Origin: Tubulanus polymorphus
Lineage: Eukaryota; Animalia; Nemertea
DNA: 64,000 nt
Assembly (NCBI RefSeq): GCF_964204645.1
Contig: NC_134033.1
Span: 11,788,655 to 11,852,654 of the forward strand
Direction: 5' to 3'
Shown one piece after another: positions 57,601 to 64,000 of the stretch (position 1 is its first letter; the number at the start of each line of letters is the position of its first letter). The position numbers and the translations under genes are program-made. Below the pieces are notes generated by a model, which saw nothing but the letters and a program-made list of their open reading frames with translations, made no database searches and was not told where the DNA came from.

Positions 57601-60600
57601 ATTAAAAGACCTGGGAACAGTTTTTCTAAAGCTAGTTAGAGTTAACCAGTGGATAGTTGACATAATGACAATTAAAGATACATCATTACTGGTATTTATC
57701 TGTAGGGATCGTCTTTAACCCTTTCAGTGCGTCTACACCGCAGTGCGGTGTATAAATCAGTGATGGATGTTGCTAGTACACCGCACTGCGATGCATTGAT
57801 GTCATTAGTAATTATCTCCCTTGAAAAATGGCAACACCTGTCAAACATAGTGAAATACTAATAACTAACGATACACTGCACTGTGGTGTAGACGCACTAT
57901 AGTGCTATTCCCGTTATTCAACACACTAGGGTGGAACTTTTAAAAATTTTCAAATTATCTTCCGCACTATAGGGTATTAATAAGTCAGCACTGAAAGCGT
58001 TAACCAACCTTTGAGCAACTGACCGCTTAAGTTTTGACGGATTACCGAGTAGTGAACATCAAAACATCAAATAATTCATAGTTTTTCTACGTATATCATG
58101 GGCCAATAGATATTGAACATTGAAAGGCCCTAAGTTTTTATGGTTGTCTACAATATCGCACATTCAAGACATTATCTTCAAAGTCCAAATTTCTACAACT
58201 CTTCAAGTTTCTACATCCAAATATTGAAAATAAATTCAAACCTTCAGAATTCTCGTAATTTGACGTTTCTGTTCATCATCGTCGTCGTCCATGTCGAATA
58301 CGATACCGCCGGGTATCCCGTTCGGATAGCAGATCATCTCGAGCAGTTTCTGAGCCTGTTTATGGGTGAGCGTGTTGTCTAGGAGACACTCCGACGTCAA
58401 CAGAGCTTCGGGAATCTTCAGGAACCGTTCGCGAACCCAGTCCTGACCGCAAATCGCTTTCAACGTGTGCTTCGCGTAGTCGCTTAAACCGGCGCTTTCG
58501 ATGCCAGACTTCAACTTCGACGCCCTGCGACGACAAAGAGATCATTTGAATGTTTTAAAAAGATCCTCCCGGGCCCAGTTTCGTGAAAAAATGTTCAAGT
58601 TCAAATTTTTATCTTTATTGAAAATATGAAGTACTCAATACAAGTTGAATTCTTTTTCAGGAAAATTTCATTGAACTATGAAAGAAAATGTTTAATTAAT
58701 CAGCAATCAATGGTAAGATGTTCAGTAACATCTGAAACATTTCTGTGCACATCGAAAAATCAGTATGTGTCGCGACAAAGAAATTCAAGGAATAGTAGGC
58801 ATTCATTAAGGGGTCAACGATAAAGCGCAGCTCACCCTAAATCGTCGTCTAGGCTGCTGAGTAGCGTGTTGATGATGTCACCGCTTTTATCGTTCATGGA
58901 CGACAGGCCCATCTCGTTACCGCTATCACTACTACAGCACGAATCGCCTGCAATAGACATCCGTCGACACTTAACTGCAACGAAAGAAAATTCCGGCGGC
59001 AAAGGCGCCGAACAACGGTTGGACATTACAGGTGGACAGAAGAATATAGAGCCAGGTACACGAGAGAGAGAACTGACAGCAGTCGATAGATATAGGTGCA
59101 GACGACAGCTTCATACGAGAAATATATGTTCTAGAAAAATATATAAATATCGTGATAATATACGTACAATTTAGACCGCTCAAGTAGGATCTAGATTTTT
59201 TTGATTTTAACGCTTTATTTCGTTCAAAAAATCCCTTAACCCTTTCAGTGCTGACTAATTAATACCCTATCGTGCTGGAAATAATTTGAACATTTTTAGA
59301 AATTCCACCCTAGTGTGTTGAATAACCGGAATACCACTGTAATACGTCTACACCGCGGCGCAGTGTATCGTTAGTTACTAATATTTCACTTTGTTTGACA
59401 GGTGCTGCCATTTTTCAAGAGAGATAATTATTAATTACTAATAACATCAATACACTGCATTACAATGTTCTAGCAAAATCCATCACCGATTTGTACACCG
59501 CACTGCGGTGTAGACGCACTGAAAGGGTTAAAGGTTTTGGGTTTATGTTTACGTCCAATACGGCCTCGTTTTTCCCATCGGATCCGACTTAAGCGGGTAC
59601 GTGTATCTATATATCTATAGTCTTAAGAGTCTCACAGCTTCAGTCTAGTCAAAGGGATTTATCACTGGGTCCAGTTTCTTGAACACACTTACACTCGCTT
59701 AGGTTTTAATTTCTGTAGATATAGGCAAATATGAAGTAACTGATTAAGGACCCAACCGCACATTTGTGTTTCTTTCCAAGAAACTGGACCCTGGCGATCA
59801 GTTATTTTCAAGATGATTTTCATAGTATATGAATAACAAAATGCTTAAACTAACTAGATGTATACATGTAAATATAGATACTAGGTATGGAACCTTCTGG
59901 TGTTTTAACTATTCACAGCTACCAATCTGCAGCCTTCAGACTGGATTTAAGTGTGAAGTTTTGAAAGTGTGCAGATTAAATCTCTTAACTCTGATAACTG
60001 TAGTTCATTCGATAAGTAGCTTCTCTTCAATCAAAACTATCCCGGATGAGGTTGTCATGTACGCATGTAATGCCCAGACGATTTAATATTAGAAGAATGG
60101 TGATAAGTATCAAATGTCTGAAGGGGTACCGTGTCCAGGCTGCAGATTGATGATACCCGCACGAGTGGCTCCCTACACGAGTCTGTGAATACATGAAAAT
60201 CTATGTACCCAGTAGGCAAACAAGCCTTCCAGCATACATAGAGAGAATACTAAGATCTTTACGTACTTAACACCATGATCGCTTTGAGAATTGCGAGAAG
60301 AGGACCGACGCAAATACTGTCGTGAGCGGCTGCCAATAGGTGGCGATCACACGATGCTTTGATTTGGCAGACGTTTTTCACGGCGCTCGGGTACAGCGAC
60401 GTCGGTTCCGATTGGTCGGTTTTGAAGAGTCGCAACAATAGATGGCAGGTCAATCGCGCTCCTTGTTCGGCATCAGGGTCGATTCCAGCTGAAATCAGAA
60501 TTGAAATCGATCGGGAACCTACAAGGCTATAACAGTCGAGGATTCCACTGATGGCAATCAAGGATCCACCCAGATTGCTAGTAATTACATCCTCAAAGAA

Positions 60601-63600
60601 TTCAAACATGTCATACTTACGTCCGGTTGAATAAGCGGCTAGTAACGATGGTAACGCGACGTGTTTGACTAGATCTTCCAGCGAAAAACAATGTCTCGCT
60701 ATGAGTACAGCGGTGAACACAGCCAGAGAATCATGTATCGACAAATCACCGACCTACGTACGAAATAAAAACAGCACCATTATTCCGATGATGCGTGAAT
60801 AATGATTTGCCAATCTTGATTTTTCTTTCTTCGTTATCAAAGAAATCTATTAACAAACTATGTACATCATTTTACATATGCTTATGAAGGCCATAGAACT
60901 ATAGGCAAATGAGAAGAAGGCCGACTCCTCCTTAAAAAACTTGTGTTGTGTTGCAGTGAGCCAAGGAGTCGGCCATCCCTTCGCTGAGTTTTCCCAGATT
61001 TTTCTGATCCCAAGATTTCTGGATTTTCCAGATCAGTGGCCAACCCAGGAAGCAATTCTTATCATTGATTGAGTATATTGTCCTTAATTTTGAGTATCTA
61101 GCGGGTTATCGCGATTGAACTTACATCAACTTGCGTCAATACGTCGATGAATCCACAGCTATGTTTCGAGGAACAGCACAACGATTTCAAAATACCCAAC
61201 CATTCGTAACTCAACGAGTTGCAACACGCCGTCAGTTCGGCGCACAATATCGATATTTCATTCAACCTGAAAGTATTTCGCAAAACAATTACTTTTGACG
61301 ATACAATCGAACTGTAAATTACACGACAATCTCTATTCTCCAACTAGAAAAATATCTCTCACCTTTCGACGCTGGGTCCGTTGCATATATTCAGTAAGGC
61401 GTTACAAACGAAGCTGTATCGATGCGCGTGATTGTCGTTCAGCTGTTTGACGAGCTGAGGGTCGGGCTTCGTTTTCGGATTGCCGATCAAATCGAGTAGA
61501 TAACTCGGATCCCACAGTAAGTTCGACGCAGACGGCTGAATACTGCTGTATAACGTTTGTTTCACTTTCACCGACGCGCCGCCGAATATATCGGAGTACT
61601 TCGTCTGAAACGAGATGACGCTTTACTTAGACCAGATTACACCTGATAGATTTCACCGGGGCCCGGTTTCACAAAAAAGTTAAACTCAAATTTTTGGTGT
61701 AATTGCTATTGGTTACTTCATATTTTCAATGAGGACAACAATTCAAACCTAACCGTTTTTGGCTTAAACTTTTTCGTGAAACCGGTCCCAGACACCAGAA
61801 ATGAGTTAGACCTGAGCTCAGATGGCGTACGTACCTTCAGATAGTTACATGACGTGTATAAATCGTACAGGTACGCGAGGATACATCTTTCAGCAGACGT
61901 ACAATCAGACGGATTACCGACGTGTTTAACCACTCCTATCAACCTACGTATTAATGATAAATTACTAATATGACAAGACTGTACGTGCATACAAATGGGT
62001 ATGAGATATGCGTCATGAGCTTCATGAGTTCGAGGATGGTACCCTGTCGAGTAGAAACAGAGCTGATGCCAAAACCAGATTTCTGATCACATCCAAGCGG
62101 TCATTATCAGGTTAAAGACCAGCACCTAATGGTCACTAACGGATCGACAACATCATGGTAGTCATAATCCAGTCAGACCACATCATTATAGCCAACATCT
62201 AATTATCAGTCAAGTGAGTACACCTAAGCAGTCACCATTAGGTCAGTGACCACATCCTAGTGGTCATCATTAAGTGAAGGACTATATCTTAGTGTAGAAG
62301 AATCAAGGATCATTCTTTTCCCGCCAAGAATCAATCTTCAGTGCTCCACCAAGAGCATTTCAGTGTGGATGACACAATAATGAAATACCGGTAATGAATG
62401 AACTAACCGAGTTAAAATGCTGAACAAGTTAACTCCAATCACTACCAATCGAAGGCAGTTTTTACTTACCCTTCAAAAGCTTGCGCTGTGAGTTCCTGCG
62501 TGACGAGTAGATACGCGTGATACTTGCGTAAAACAGCCACGATACACAAACACAACGACGTCGTATAACTGCCGGATAAACTAGAATCCTTTACGACTAA
62601 CTGAACTTCCACTGCGCTCATCTCTTTCAATATCTAAAACAATCGCAATAACAAATTTGTATTGAATTTCTGAAAATACTGAGCAAGAACCAATAACTAC
62701 ATATTAGTGACTTCAAGAACCTAAGCTGGCAGCTGCTACCAGTAGGACGAGAAGATTCGTAAAGTAGCTGTGTTAACTGGGTATAGAATTAATACCGTAA
62801 CGAGATGGATAGTACTATAGGCCCCAATAAGTTAATTATTTATTTGACGCACAAGCTTTTGCTACTAATGTATAGAAGCTTCATCAGGTGAAAGCTTCTA
62901 TACATTAGTAGCCAAAGCTTGAGCTATAGGGGCCTATAGTACTACTCATCTTGTTATTTAGTAGAAGAACGTAAACTTGAATATGAAAATGGCACTTAAC
63001 GCATGTTTTATTCTAACATATTTAAAGAGAATGTCTCGATTGCTTGCTTTAACTAAACATCGACTTCATAGTTTAGCAGTATATCGTGATTAACCTTATC
63101 ATCATAGACGGTGACTTACCGAGATGGTGAATTCTATCAGTCCATTGATATTCAATGCGTACTCGATCAAATCGAACAAGTACGATATGTTCTCGACTAA
63201 CGGCAGATAGATGGAGCCGCCGGTCGTGAAGCTGTTGATCACCTCGACGACGGAGCTCGCGCACGAACTCGTCACGACGTACATGTCGAAGTACGACAAC
63301 TTCTGGAACTTGTTGAACGTACTTTCGAACGTCATCGACGACGAATCCGAGTCTTTATCGCGTTCTTTCTCTTTTTTCTTTTTCATTTTGCCGACGTCTC
63401 CGCTCGTCACGTCGATGCTGTTCTTCTTGCTGAACAGTTTCATGATCTCTTTCGTGATCGTCTTGTTGCGTTTGCGCGATTCCTCGCGCGCCTTGCCGAA
63501 CCCGTACAGTATGACCATACGCGTGTTCGCCTCGTGTATGTATTCGTCCGTCTGCTGTATCGGGAAGTGCGTCACGTACTGCAGGTGGCGCTGCGTGCAC

Positions 63601-63703
63601 TTCTGGTCACGCGTCGGCGGCTGCATGCAAGCCGCGTTGATGTTGCCGCCGATCATACCGCTTTGAAGAAGATCTTTTTCCGACTTAACCGATTTCACGG
63701 ACG
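45448..63703 (-). CDS. MED12: Mediator of RNA polymerase II transcription subunit 12 (kohtalo-like), 3' part; 5' exons lie beyond the window
   Basis: Exons approx. 63703-63120, 62633-62470, 61943-61835, 61604-61363, 61266-61125, 60753-60621, 60488-60267, 58947-58836, 58524-58242, 57542-57352, 56189-56022, 55729-55597, 55314-55130, 54573-54450, 54296-54007, 53596-53494, 53257-52999, 47390-47284, 46896-46743, 46264-46063, 45913-45448. MED12 motifs: [47 protein letters not shown]-like, [14 protein letters not shown], then PQL and polyQ tail. Confidence 0.95.
45613..45684 (-). repeat. PolyQ (Q24), mixed CAG/CAA, in the MED12 OPA domain
   Basis: 24 consecutive Gln codons. Confidence 0.95.
46422..46592. 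mobile_element. Tc1/mariner-type MITE in a MED12 intron
   Basis: TA-CAGCCAACTCCCGATA ... TATCAGGGGTTGACTG-TA. Confidence 0.6.
47022..47182. mobile_element. hAT-like MITE with 5-bp TSD
   Basis: CCAGT-CAGGGTGGC ... GCCACCCTG-CCAGT. Confidence 0.65.
48068..49336 (+). mobile_element. HINE/DINE-1-like (non-autonomous Helentron-type) element
   Basis: Subterminal IR CCCACTTGGGA (48091-48101) / TCCCAAGTGGG (49319-49329); four ~153-154-bp internal tandem units; (GACG)n at 49261-49286; terminal stem-loop followed by an A-run. Confidence 0.7.
51489..51918. mobile_element. TA-flanked MITE containing a nested Penelope-like foldback insertion (51550-51811)
   Basis: Outer TIRs CACTAGACTCCG / CGGAGTCTACTG; 12-bp direct repeat AAGGTACACGAA at 51538 and 51812; ~100-bp inverted arms 51584-51683 / 51714-51812. 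Confidence 0.7.
51689..51730 (+). ncRNA. Minimal type I hammerhead ribozyme motif (Penelope-type), copy 2
   Basis: caac CTGACGA t gatctc tagggt gagatc GAAACGTC gtgt. Confidence 0.6.
53628..53712. repeat. ~20-bp tandem repeat x 4
   Basis: ATGAGGCTGTATGACAGGTAA. Confidence 0.8.
57719..57999 (+). mobile_element. piggyBac-like MITE, copy 1 (nested in another MITE)
   Basis: TTAA-CCCTTTCAGTGC ... GCACTGAAAGCG-TTAA. Confidence 0.85.
59240..59527 (-). mobile_element. piggyBac-like MITE, copy 2 (opposite orientation)
   Basis: TTAA-CCCTTTCAGTGC ... GCACTGAAAGGG-TTAA; the interior is the reverse complement of copy 1. A third end fragment lies near 47890-47931. Confidence 0.85.
61656..61791. mobile_element. 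Representative of an abundant short foldback MITE family (CTGGGGCCAGTT-type ends)
   Basis: GGGCCCGGTTTCACAAAAAAG ... CTTTTTCGTGAAACCGGTCCC; relatives near 18510-18617, 20695-20850, 49620, 54850-55090, 57611-58024, 59664-59794. Confidence 0.65.
62798..62956. repeat. Two-tier inverted repeat (long hairpin) in a MED12 intron
   Basis: Outer arms TAGTACTATAGGCCCC / GGGGCCTATAGTACTA; inner arms AAGCTTTTGCTACTAATGTATAGAAGCTT / AAGCTTCTATACATTAGTAGCCAAAGCTT. Confidence 0.8.
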
Positions 63704-64000
63704 CTGAAACAACGACATTTAAATAGTAATTTTTGATTTGTCTGGTTAAGATCCTGGACGGGTGAAGCCTGGATGATCACTTTTACAAAGTCTGCTAATA
63801 AGATGTCTGTCTTCAAATACAAATATGTAAGGTGAAGTCTTGAATGTAGGTGAAGCCTGGAGAATCAAAATGATCAACTATTGAAGGGGTCTAGGGGAAG
63901 GATCAAGTTCAGACAGCAGATTGTGACCTTCAGCTTGTATCTCTATCGCGACATCCAAACTCTGCAAGAAATCATCTATCAGACCAGGTAGGACTACCCA

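Overview
This is AT-rich, intron-containing animal (invertebrate) genomic DNA, not prokaryotic; the species cannot be determined from the sequence. (1) 24005 to <1 (-): a giant secreted mucin/adhesive-like protein gene. I spliced 32 coding exons by hand, giving at least ~4,790 aa. The order is signal peptide, (GGAGPTTKAS)n, VWA, EGF-Ca, VWA, PAN, VWD(GDPH)-C8-TIL, VWA, with many symmetric Cys-hairpin micro-exons. It ends in one exon of at least 10.17 kb with three repeat blocks: PKG/TT 6-7-mers, ~38 x 29-aa Cys-hairpin units and at least 7 x 237-aa Cys/Lys-rich units. The ORF track misses this frame, apparently because it runs off the window without a stop. (2) 33102 to ~27545 (-): an astacin zinc metalloprotease with a very acidic prodomain, followed by TSP1-TSP1-MAM-MAM-TSP1. 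(3) 34.0-41.4 kb: two CD225/dispanin genes and the 5' half of a Ty3/gypsy element (LTR, tRNA-Phe PBS, gag), bracketed by two arrays of one satellite. (4) >63703 to 45448 (-): the 3' part of MED12 with its polyQ tail. Introns and spacers carry many MITEs, a tRNA-derived SINE, a HINE/DINE-1-like element and two Penelope-type minimal hammerhead ribozyme motifs. Best novelty candidates: the giant modular glue/tube-type protein and its neighbouring astacin; seven tRNA T-arm-like hairpins in the retrotransposon leader; the hammerheads; and inverted MITEs flanking two MED12 exons. All exon boundaries are hand-read GT/AG predictions.
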